Source of the DNA: an uncultured archaeon
GTDB lineage: Archaea; Asgardarchaeota; Lokiarchaeia; Sigyniarchaeales; SOKP01
Direction: 5' to 3'
Length of the DNA stretch: 11,257 nt
Assembly: GCA_964525635.1 (NCBI GenBank)
Contig: CAZGJX010000121.1
Coordinates: 1 to 11,257 of the forward strand
Made by a program: the position numbers and the translations under genes. Shown piece after piece: positions 1-7,923 of the stretch. The notes below the pieces were generated by a model. That model made no database searches. It was given only the letters and a program-made list of their open reading frames with translations, and was not told the origin of the DNA. Numbering within the stretch: the stretch's first letter is position 1; each line of letters opens with the position of its first letter.

Positions 1-113
1 TTCATCAATAAAAATATTTATATAATTGAAGTATGGTAAAATATATAATTTTATTAGATTAAAAATAAATTATTTTTAAATGATATATGTTAAAGAACGT
101 TATGTGAATTATA

Positions 114-1007
114 ATGATGGAGAAAAAAAAAGAGTTATTATTTATTAGTCTTGCTATACTTTTCCAATTTCCCGTAATTGTTATTCTTATTATTGGAAGT
201 GAGGATAGTGGTGATATCACAGGATTAGTCCCCATTCATAGCACTACAATAGACATACTATATATCTTTTTTATTTCACCTCTGCTAATGATATTATTTA
301 TTGAACTAACAACAATAATATTGGCTTTTTTATTTTTTAAATTGCATGATATTATAAAAATCAAAAGATATAACTATGCTATCTTTAAAATTGAAAATCT
401 TCCATTAAGAACAAGAGATTTAATTATCAGAACCTTTACTCTCGGTCTATTTGCATTTACAATTGGGACATTAATTACTGAATTTGTTCCTCATGATATA
501 ATTATCACAACCCATCATATAGATGATATACAAATGAGTTTTATAACTCTCAGTGCCACTATTTTTATATTACCTTTTTTGATTCTCATTTTTCTACCAA
601 TATGGTTGTTAAGAGATGCAGGAATTGTCTGCTCCAAGAAAATATTCAAAGAAGGTTATCAAAAACTCCCTGACATAGAAGGCGTCTATCGTGTGTATAA
701 TAGTTATATTTTAGGATATATAGGGATAGCCACGATAATTGCAATTGCATTATTAATCTATACTGATATTTTCCTTATTATTCAAGAAGGAGGTAAGGAT
801 GTAGGCCTTGCTATTCCGATATTTTTTGCTCCTTTTATTGGTATGGCCATAAGCTTGATACCACTTGTGTACTATAATTTTCGTAAACAAAAATTAGTAG
901 AAAGATTTAATCAAAAACTTCATCAAAAAAGCATAAAAACTGTAGAAAATATCAAGATATTTAGTTATAACTTTTTTTTCTATAGATTTGTGAATTTTCT
1001 TAAATGA
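114..1007 (+). CDS. Hypothetical polytopic membrane protein (297 aa, about 6 hydrophobic segments)
   Basis: Long ORF with several hydrophobic stretches (LLFISLAILFQFPVIVILIIG; ILYIFFISPLLMILFIELTTIILAFLFF; TFTLGLFAFTIGTLI; FITLSATIFILPFLILIFLPIWLL; YILGYIGIATIIAIALLIY; LAIPIFFAPFIGMAISLIPLVYY). A soluble loop contains LLRDAGIV...LPDIEGVY. No family recognised. Confidence 0.75.
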   Translation: MMEKKKELLFISLAILFQFPVIVILIIGSEDSGDITGLVPIHSTTIDILYIFFISPLLMILFIELTTIILAFLFFKLHDIIKIKRYNYAIFKIENLPLRTRDLIIRTFTLGLFAFTIGTLITEFVPHDIIITTHHIDDIQMSFITLSATIFILPFLILIFLPIWLLRDAGIVCSKKIFKEGYQKLPDIEGVYRVYNSYILGYIGIATIIAIALLIYTDIFLIIQEGGKDVGLAIPIFFAPFIGMAISLIPLVYYNFRKQKLVERFNQKLHQKSIKTVENIKIFSYNFFFYRFVNFLK

Positions 1008-1065
1008 TTTCTATAGTAGAGAATAAGATTTTAATGAAAATAAATAAGATTAAAGAATTTTCTTC

Positions 1066-1272
1066 TTATGTTAATACTTCTATAATTTTAGTTAATATAC
1101 GTGCTTTACCCCCAGTGGATTGAAGGATTATTTTTCCACATACTTCACAATTAACATCTTGAGCCGCACATCCAAAAATAACTTGTTGATTTCCGCAATG
1201 TAAACACTTAACTCGTAAAAATCTACTTTTTGGTTGGGGTATAAGTTCTTTTATTCTTTTTTTATGAGCCAT
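1066..1272 (-). CDS. rps27e: Small-subunit ribosomal protein eS27 (S27e)
   Basis: PQPKSRFLRVKCLHCGNQQVIFG...VNCEVCGKIILQSTGGKARI matches the archaeal S27e C4 zinc-finger signature. Confidence 0.97.
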   Translation of the reverse strand: MAHKKRIKELIPQPKSRFLRVKCLHCGNQQVIFGCAAQDVNCEVCGKIILQSTGGKARILTKIIEVLT

Positions 1273-1436
1273 ATAAATTAATCATCAATATATTTTTCTT
1301 ACTTTCCTTATGAATTAAGGTCATTTATAAATTAAAAATTTTTCCCTCAAAAATTTCCTAATTTAAAAAAAAATAAAGATAATAATAAATAAAATATGCT
1401 TATCTGAATAATTTCTAAAAAAGTTATTATAATACA

Positions 1437-2276
1437 ATGAAAACATATTCACATTCTAGGTTGAAAGATTTTATTAATTTATTCAAACAAAATCTCTGTT
1501 TAACAAAGAGCAAGGTAAAAGGCGTATATATGAATTATGTGAAATTTAATCAAGAAATCCAAGAGATTTTAGAGGAAAAATTGGAAAATAAGAAAATTTT
1601 AGATATTGGATGTGGTCAGAGATTTCCTTATACTTACCTTTTAGGTAAAAATAATAATGTTATTGGGATAGATCTTGATATAATTTTATTAAAGCATAAT
1701 CTAATAGACTATATCTCAATTATTAAAAAAAATGGTTTTAATCGATTTCTAAAAACATTTATACGTTCTCTTGTTTTTGACCGCATTTTTTTCAAAAAGT
1801 TATCAAAATTGAATAATATTTCGAAAAAAGCTAATTTTAATATTATAGAAATGAATGCAGAGAATTTAGAATTTCAAGATCATACTTTTGACTTCATAAT
1901 TTCGATATATAGTTTTGAACATCTTGAAAATGTGGAAAAATGTGTTAAAGAAATAAAAAGAGTTTTAAAAAAGGGAGGAAAATTCTATATTGCGATAGAT
2001 GTATATACAAAATATTTTGGAGGTCATAAATTCGACCCAAATAATCCTTGGGACCATTTATTAGATAAATCTTTTAAACCTAATGTATATTTGAATAAAC
2101 TCAGATTAAATGAGTATAAAATTATTTTTAAAAAATATTTTGAGAATATTAAATTCATTAGTGAAGAAAACATCATTATAAAGAAATTATTAACTCCTGA
2201 AATAAGAAAAAAATTAGAGAAATATTCTGAATTAGAACTTATTATGAAACCATTAGTTGTAATGGGAACAAAATAA
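1437..2276 (+). CDS. Class I SAM-dependent methyltransferase (Methyltransf_11-like); true start may be the in-frame ATG at 1530
   Basis: Motif I ILDIGCGQ, acidic VIGIDLD, and MNAENLEFQDHTFDFIISIYSFEHL...EIKRVLKKGGKFYI, all typical of class I methyltransferases. Substrate unknown. Confidence 0.9.
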   Translation: MKTYSHSRLKDFINLFKQNLCLTKSKVKGVYMNYVKFNQEIQEILEEKLENKKILDIGCGQRFPYTYLLGKNNNVIGIDLDIILLKHNLIDYISIIKKNGFNRFLKTFIRSLVFDRIFFKKLSKLNNISKKANFNIIEMNAENLEFQDHTFDFIISIYSFEHLENVEKCVKEIKRVLKKGGKFYIAIDVYTKYFGGHKFDPNNPWDHLLDKSFKPNVYLNKLRLNEYKIIFKKYFENIKFISEENIIIKKLLTPEIRKKLEKYSELELIMKPLVVMGTK

Positions 2277-2385
2277 AAATAACCTAATTTATACCTGTTA
2301 AGGCTAGGAAAATTTTAAAAGATTATTTTAAGGAAAGAATTAAAGAGTATTTAATGATATTTTAAATTATAAAATAAATCATGAG

Positions 2386-2667
2386 TTAAACTTGTTGAAT
2401 CTCAAATTTTTTAACTCTGTAAGATTTTCCATATTCTTTTTTACTACATTCTGAGCATTGAAACATAAGTTGGGTTCTTTTATTTATTTTTGCATTCTTA
2501 TGGAAAATTTCTTTTGGGAAAGATCCATATCCTCTCTTTTTTCTTTCGACTCTTCTTCTTCCTTGATTAAGCATACGTTCCTTTCCTTTTTTATAAACAG
2601 ATACATCATGTTTCACATGTTTTCTGCAATGCTTACAATATCGATTTACTTCTTTAGGGTACTTCAT
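2386..2667 (-). CDS. rpl44e: Large-subunit ribosomal protein eL42 (L44e)
   Basis: MKYPKEVNRYCKHCRKHVKHDV...KKGKER...GRRR...GYGSFPK...FQCSECSKK matches archaeal L44e with two CxxC pairs. Confidence 0.96.
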   Translation of the reverse strand: MKYPKEVNRYCKHCRKHVKHDVSVYKKGKERMLNQGRRRVERKKRGYGSFPKEIFHKNAKINKRTQLMFQCSECSKKEYGKSYRVKKFEIQQV

Positions 2668-2820
2668 TTTTATTTCAATCTTTTTCCATTAACTTATTGC
2701 TATTAATTAATTATAAATTTTAAATTTTTTTACTTATTCTGCAGATTACTTATGGTTAGTAATAAAAATTATATAAAATAGTGATCTAAATTATTACAAA
2801 AAGAAAAAAAAAGATTTTTT

Positions 2821-3741
2821 ATGTTTAGGGAGAAATTTAAGGATGGTATAATAAGTGCTCGTGATTTTAATAGGGAAGATATAGAATATCTTCTGGAAAA
2901 AGGCCATGAAATGATAAATATTAAGAATTCTAAAATACTTGAAGGAAAAATCTTAGCTACATTATTTTTTGAACCCTCAACACGTACAAGATTAAGTTTT
3001 GAATCAGCAATGCATAGATTAGGTGGAGATGTTATAGGTTTTCAATCAGGAGATGTCTCTTCAATTAAAAAAGGAGAGAGTTTAGCAGATACAATACGAA
3101 CTGTAGAAAACTATTGTGATTGTATAGTAATACGTCATTCAAGAGAGGGTTCTGCTAAAATGGCTGCAAGATTTTCTAGTATTCCAATAATAAATGCTGG
3201 TTCAGGTAGTAAAGAACATCCTACACAAGCTTTATTAGATCTATTAACGATAAAAGAAGAAATTGGCACTTTAGATGGAATAAATATAGGAATCATGGGA
3301 GATTTAAAATATGGTAGAACCGTGCATTCTTTAGCCATTTTACTCTCTAATTTCAATGTAAGTTTATATTTCATTAGTCCTGAAGAATTAAAAATGAGAA
3401 ATAGATATAAGGATTACCTTTATCAACATAGAAGAATTAAATTTAAAGAAATCACCAACTATAGAAAAATATTAGATATATTAGACGTTTTATATATGAC
3501 TCGAATTCAAAAAGAAAGATTCGCTGATTTGGAAGAATATGAAAGAATAAAAGATGTTTATGTTTTTACAAAAAAAGATCTTAACCAAACAAAAGACAAT
3601 TTCAAATTACTACACCCCTTACCCAGAATTAATGAAATTTCCACAGATATAGATAAATCAGAAAAAACCATATATTTCGAACAGACATATTATGGATTAA
3701 AAATGAGACAAGCAATTCTAGCGGAATTATTAAAAGACTAA
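2821..3741 (+). CDS. pyrB: Aspartate carbamoyltransferase catalytic subunit
   Basis: Signature motifs FFEPSTRTRLSFE, KKGESLADT, IVIRH, INAG..EHPTQALLDL, GDLKYGRTVHSL, MTRIQKERF and HPLPR are all present. Confidence 0.98.
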   Translation: MFREKFKDGIISARDFNREDIEYLLEKGHEMINIKNSKILEGKILATLFFEPSTRTRLSFESAMHRLGGDVIGFQSGDVSSIKKGESLADTIRTVENYCDCIVIRHSREGSAKMAARFSSIPIINAGSGSKEHPTQALLDLLTIKEEIGTLDGINIGIMGDLKYGRTVHSLAILLSNFNVSLYFISPEELKMRNRYKDYLYQHRRIKFKEITNYRKILDILDVLYMTRIQKERFADLEEYERIKDVYVFTKKDLNQTKDNFKLLHPLPRINEISTDIDKSEKTIYFEQTYYGLKMRQAILAELLKD

Positions 3742-5724
3742 TTATTCTATAGGATTGAATTTAAAAGCAGTTAAATTAGAATTCAATAACTTATTAATAG
3801 TTAGGGTCAAATCATCTGACTTATTGGATTTAATAGGCATTTCAAATAAAGATCCTCCATCAATGATTTTATTAAATTTCTTAAATAAAGAAAGATGTCT
3901 TTCTATAGGTAATTTAGAATTCTTTCTAATAATTCTATAAGAATAAGGATTAGTATTATTTTTTGATTTTATTTTATTATTAATTGAATATTCTTTTAAA
4001 TAAATACCATTATGAGGTTGAGATAAACAATATTTATTATTTTCTGTATTATTTCTCATATTAATTATCTCTTTCATTTTTTTCATAATTTTCAGAGCAA
4101 ATAATTCACTCTGATTAATTTGATCTAATTCTAAACCACAATGGTGTTTTATTGCTTCATTTAAACCTATAAAACTCACAGATTTAATCATATTATTTGC
4201 TAAAGAGTTTGATCTATATTCAAAAAAGTGATCAATTATTTTTTGCCATTCAATCGAATTCCCTATTTTTTTTATCATTAGTGATTCTTTAATTTTAAAA
4301 AGGTCAAATACGGAGTATATACGATTTTCCAGAATCTCATAAAATTTATCATCATCTTGGTGTGCTTCCAAGGCAATATAATGTAAATTAATTAATATTT
4401 TATCTAAAATAATTTTATTAGAATTCTTAGAATTATTGATTCCAAAACTAACTAAATTCGAATTTAATAGGTTATTTTTACCATTATAAAATATATATTT
4501 ATGTAAATATTTGAAAAAATCCAAGTTATTTAACAATTCATTTAATATTCCTTGATTTTTTACATTTAGATAATTAAAGAATAAATAGGGAGAATATTCA
4601 ATATCTTTAAAATAATTAGTCTCAAATATTTTTTGAATTGTTTTTAAGTATCTATTAGTATCATAATTATCTAGATTGTTTTTCAAATTTAATCCTAACT
4701 CTATATTTGAGATAGTATTTTTCCTATTAAATCTTGAAATTTGTGAAAGTAATAAATTTATAGTATGATTTAATTTATTATCAGGGAAATTGAAAGTATC
4801 AATAAATTCTTCAAAATTAACTAATAGAATATTGCTCGAAAAATACGGATTGAATAAATCAAGAAATTTACAAAATTCTATAATTAATTTAGAACATTTA
4901 ATATTATTTATTTTATTTTTTAAAGATACACCTAGGTTTGTTTCTATGAGATATTGTAAAAGTGATTTTGATTGTAGAAAAATACTCAGAGGTTTGATTG
5001 CCCAATAATTTAAATTTAATAATATAATTCTATTAGATAAATACAGATCAGCAAGTTTATTAGGTAAAAGGTTTAATAATAAAAACTGTTCTGATACTTC
5101 TGACCCTAGCTTTTTTATAAATTTATCAGGATTATATGATTTATTGTGAAATAATTCAAATGTATCAAAAGGAGGGACACCTAATCTAGTTAGTTTATGC
5201 CTACAATGTTCTAATCCTTCTTCTAATAAAATCCCATTAATATATTCTCTCATTAATGGTGTAGTTAAATATTTTATATTCGTTTTTAATAGTCTCTTTT
5301 TTACTACTTTTGCTATTTGATTTGCTAAAAAAGAATCCATCTCCGCTTCTTTAACTAAATAATCCCTTACTTTTTCAATATTAAAAGGTTCAGTAGAATA
5401 TTTTGAAGTTCTAATTAAGACTTTTTCATTAACTTCATTTAAAGTTTGTTCAATATCCAGTATTTTTATTAAAATTTTTTTACCCAATTTTGTAATTAAA
5501 TAACCATCTGAAGAGGATTCGATAAAATCCACTTCTTTTAACACATTCAAATGAAATGATAAATTAACGGAATTATTCTCTGATCCTAATATTTCTTTTT
5601 GAATCTCAGAGAAAGATAAGTTCTTCTCTGTAACATACAATTGTTTTAAAATATCCAATCTTATTCTTTTTCCAATCACTTTTAAATGTTTTTCTAAAAG
5701 CTTTGAAATTTTGTCGGAATCCAT
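3742..5724 (-). CDS. ArsR-like winged HTH + ATP-cone + degenerate class III ribonucleotide reductase (NrdD-like) fusion; putative nucleotide-responsive regulator or pseudoenzyme
   Basis: aa ~10-90: RIRLDILKQL..LSFSEIQKEI..NLSFHLNVLKEVDFIE..GYLITKLGKK (wHTH). aa ~102-185: IRTSKYSTEPFNIEKVRDYLVKEA..IAKVVKKRL..YLTTPLMREYINGILLEEG..RHKLTRLGVP (archaeal NrdD-type ATP-cone). Later NrdD-like blocks are INLHYIALEAHQDDDKFYEIL, SVSFIGLNEAIKHHCG and LPIERHLSLFKKFNKIIDGGS. No C-terminal CxxC/CxxC or RxxGY motif. Confidence 0.85.
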   Translation of the reverse strand: MDSDKISKLLEKHLKVIGKRIRLDILKQLYVTEKNLSFSEIQKEILGSENNSVNLSFHLNVLKEVDFIESSSDGYLITKLGKKILIKILDIEQTLNEVNEKVLIRTSKYSTEPFNIEKVRDYLVKEAEMDSFLANQIAKVVKKRLLKTNIKYLTTPLMREYINGILLEEGLEHCRHKLTRLGVPPFDTFELFHNKSYNPDKFIKKLGSEVSEQFLLLNLLPNKLADLYLSNRIILLNLNYWAIKPLSIFLQSKSLLQYLIETNLGVSLKNKINNIKCSKLIIEFCKFLDLFNPYFSSNILLVNFEEFIDTFNFPDNKLNHTINLLLSQISRFNRKNTISNIELGLNLKNNLDNYDTNRYLKTIQKIFETNYFKDIEYSPYLFFNYLNVKNQGILNELLNNLDFFKYLHKYIFYNGKNNLLNSNLVSFGINNSKNSNKIILDKILINLHYIALEAHQDDDKFYEILENRIYSVFDLFKIKESLMIKKIGNSIEWQKIIDHFFEYRSNSLANNMIKSVSFIGLNEAIKHHCGLELDQINQSELFALKIMKKMKEIINMRNNTENNKYCLSQPHNGIYLKEYSINNKIKSKNNTNPYSYRIIRKNSKLPIERHLSLFKKFNKIIDGGSLFEMPIKSNKSDDLTLTINKLLNSNLTAFKFNPIE

Positions 5725-5934
5725 TATATTTTTTATTAGAATTACCTACTAAGAAAACTCTATTTATAAAATAATAGGATATACAATAATATAAAAATTT
5801 AGTAAAGATTAACATTAATAAATATATAAAAATTTAATATAAATTGAACTTGAAAACAAATAATAATTCTACTCAAATTATGATATAGAACCTAAAAGAT
5901 ATTCAAATTAAAAGACTCGATACAAATTAATGAT

Positions 5935-6267
5935 CTATAGGTCTTTATTTTCATCATCTGAAATAAATTCTTCTTTTAATTTTAAAAGAATCTGTTCTTT
6001 TTCTTCTTTTGATAATATATTGAGATTATCTCCTTTATTTTCATATATATCAGAAGGTTTATTGTCAACTAATGATAATAAAATAATTAGAGCATTTTTT
6101 AACCAATTTTCATTTTCTGGTTCTTTTAATGCATTCATAAGGCGAGTAATTAAATTACCTTTCCATTTCTCCATTGTAATTGGATCTTTATCAAATTTTG
6201 AAAATAAATTGATTATATTACTATAACAATCTAATTCCTTCTCATCAGGGGATTTTTTCTTAGACAT
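5935..6267 (-). CDS. Hypothetical protein (110 aa, probably helical)
   Basis: ATG-started ORF with Glu/Lys/Leu-rich, protein-like composition. It fills the gap between two genes on the same strand, and the opposite-strand ORF looks like a shadow. No family recognised. Confidence 0.75.
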   Translation of the reverse strand: MSKKKSPDEKELDCYSNIINLFSKFDKDPITMEKWKGNLITRLMNALKEPENENWLKNALIILLSLVDNKPSDIYENKGDNLNILSKEEKEQILLKLKEEFISDDENKDL

Positions 6268-6488
6268 TTTTCTACCAACTATAATTAAGAGATTAAAATA
6301 TTTTTTTTTTTTAATTTAGAATATATTGCTTATGATTTATTATTATATAACTTTATAATTATAATAATATAATACGCAAATTTTTATTTCTTATCACTCA
6401 TAATTAAAACAAGATAATAATATTTCGCTAAGTTGAATTTAAGGATTTTGATTTTATCAGAATGAATTTTTTCATCTGATTAAAGTAT

Positions 6489-7445
6489 TTATTTATCAAA
6501 TAAATTCTCATCAGCCCATTTTAGATAATAATTACTAACTTTTTTCCTTATATTTTTCATTAAAGCAAAAATTTTATTTCTTTCAAGGTTCTCAAAAACA
6601 TATATTATATTCATAATAAGAGGATGATTGATCTCTTTTTCATCTTTGTAAACATCAGATATCACTGGTCCAACATCTTTAATTCGTTTTATATTTAAAG
6701 CAATTGAACCTCTCTTATCAGAAATCAATTTTTGTTTTGCTATTCTCTTGTAGATATCACTTATTATTTCTGGTTCAAAATCATCTGTAATAGATTGAAC
6801 AATAATACTTTTAGAAACATTATTAACTATACAGAATATTTTTGAATATTTCTCAAGAGTTTTATCAATTATTTTTTTAATATCAAGAGTATGAGTTGAA
6901 AAACTCACTAATATCTCAAAAAAGGAATTATACATATAATATATAAAATCAGGCATTATGCTTGTTATATACATTTTTGGTATGATAGATAGGTTTATTG
7001 ATTTAAGAAATTTCTTTTTTATCTTTTGAAAGTTTATTTTTTCTTTATTTCTTTCAAATAAATCAATTTTATGAAGAAATATTATCAATTCAGAATTAAT
7101 ATTATATTTTTGAATGATATTAAAAATCCTTTCTATATCAATCTTACAATCTTGATAATAAGTCTCCCAATTATTATAATCTAAAATATATATGAAAGCT
7201 TTGGTGTCAGCAAATGAATTAAGTTTTTCTTCTTCATCTTGTAAAATATAATTCAATTCTTGCCCAGACATATCAAATAATCCTAATTCTAAATCCATCC
7301 ATTTGTATGTTATAGTCTCAATTCCCCTAGTTGGCTCCAATGCAATTTTTAATATGTCTGAAGGATCAACACCTTCAAATATGATTTTTTTTATACTTGT
7401 TTTTCCAACAGCAGGTCTCCCAAGTAAAATTATTTTAACACTCAT
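6489..7445 (-). CDS. Rag-like (Gtr1/RagA-type) small GTPase with probable roadblock-like C-terminal domain
   Basis: G1 GRPAVGKTS followed by IKKIIF (compare RagA GKTSMRSIIF), G2 EPTRG, G3 FDMSGQE, G4 FLHKID (Rag-type HKxD), G5 YITSI (Rag-type TSI). The C-terminal ~130 aa show a helix, two strands, a helix, then a strand and final helix. Confidence 0.85.
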   Translation of the reverse strand: MSVKIILLGRPAVGKTSIKKIIFEGVDPSDILKIALEPTRGIETITYKWMDLELGLFDMSGQELNYILQDEEEKLNSFADTKAFIYILDYNNWETYYQDCKIDIERIFNIIQKYNINSELIIFLHKIDLFERNKEKINFQKIKKKFLKSINLSIIPKMYITSIMPDFIYYMYNSFFEILVSFSTHTLDIKKIIDKTLEKYSKIFCIVNNVSKSIIVQSITDDFEPEIISDIYKRIAKQKLISDKRGSIALNIKRIKDVGPVISDVYKDEKEINHPLIMNIIYVFENLERNKIFALMKNIRKKVSNYYLKWADENLFDK

Positions 7446-7653
7446 AAGGATGTTATAATTTTATCTATCTTTAAAAAATATAAATAATTAAACTTAATTT
7501 AGCTTAATATAGTTATCTGATTATCTTTAGAGTTTAGTTATTAGAAAAAAATATCATTTGATAATCTTCAATATTATGAATTTTTAAAATAAGATGCTTT
7601 AATAATTATATTTCGATACTTCGTTGAACTATTACTATCTAAAGGTAATAGAT

Positions 7654-7916
7654 TCATAATTCATTGAAAATTATTGACATAACATCAGTCTTACATCTTC
7701 TTCAATTGTATTAATAGTAGCTCCTACCATATAATCATTGTTTTTTATAATCATGATATATTTTTATCTTAGAATACTTAATCCTTCATTTCTAATATTA
7801 AAGAAAGCATTTATATTTCTATTGTGAGGTGTATTAAATTCAGGATAAATTTATTCACGAATACTAGAATCAATCTTTGATATTTTTGAAAGTGTAAAAA
7901 TATATAATCAATTCAT
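7654..7916 (-). pseudogene. Possible decayed small gene between the two GTPases
   Basis: ATG at 7916 lies 7 nt after the upstream stop. The frame reads MN*LYIFTLSKISKIDSSIRE*IYPEFNTPHNRNINAFFNIRNEGLSILR*KYIMIIKNNDYMVGATINTIEEDV..., with a possible frameshifted tail KTDVMSIIFNEL*. It has 3 internal stops in about 82 codons, fewer than expected at this AT content. Confidence 0.35.
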
Positions 7917-7923
7917 ATGAAAT

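Noticed and set aside
2458-2706. 82-aa plus-strand ORF
   Set aside because: Antisense shadow of rpl44e; Phe/Ser-rich composition typical of a reverse-complement frame.
3135-3374. 79-aa minus-strand ORF
   Set aside because: Lies entirely antisense within pyrB.
3755-3940. 61-aa plus-strand ORF just after pyrB, considered as pyrI
   Set aside because: No PyrI features (no GTVIDHI-like motif or Zn-binding cysteine pairs), too short, and antisense to the 660-aa gene.
4790-5008. 72-aa plus-strand ORF
   Set aside because: Antisense shadow inside the NrdD-like gene.
3742-5724. Annotating the 660-aa protein as a functional nrdD
   Set aside because: No glycyl-radical motif, Zn site or recognisable catalytic cysteines, and no activase gene in the window.
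5606-5815. 69-aa minus-strand ORF overlapping the start of the NrdD-like gene
   Set aside because: Out-of-frame overlap with a well-supported HTH region; no recognisable motifs.
5930-6226. 98-aa plus-strand ORF
   Set aside because: Ser/Phe-rich antisense shadow of the 110-aa minus-strand gene.
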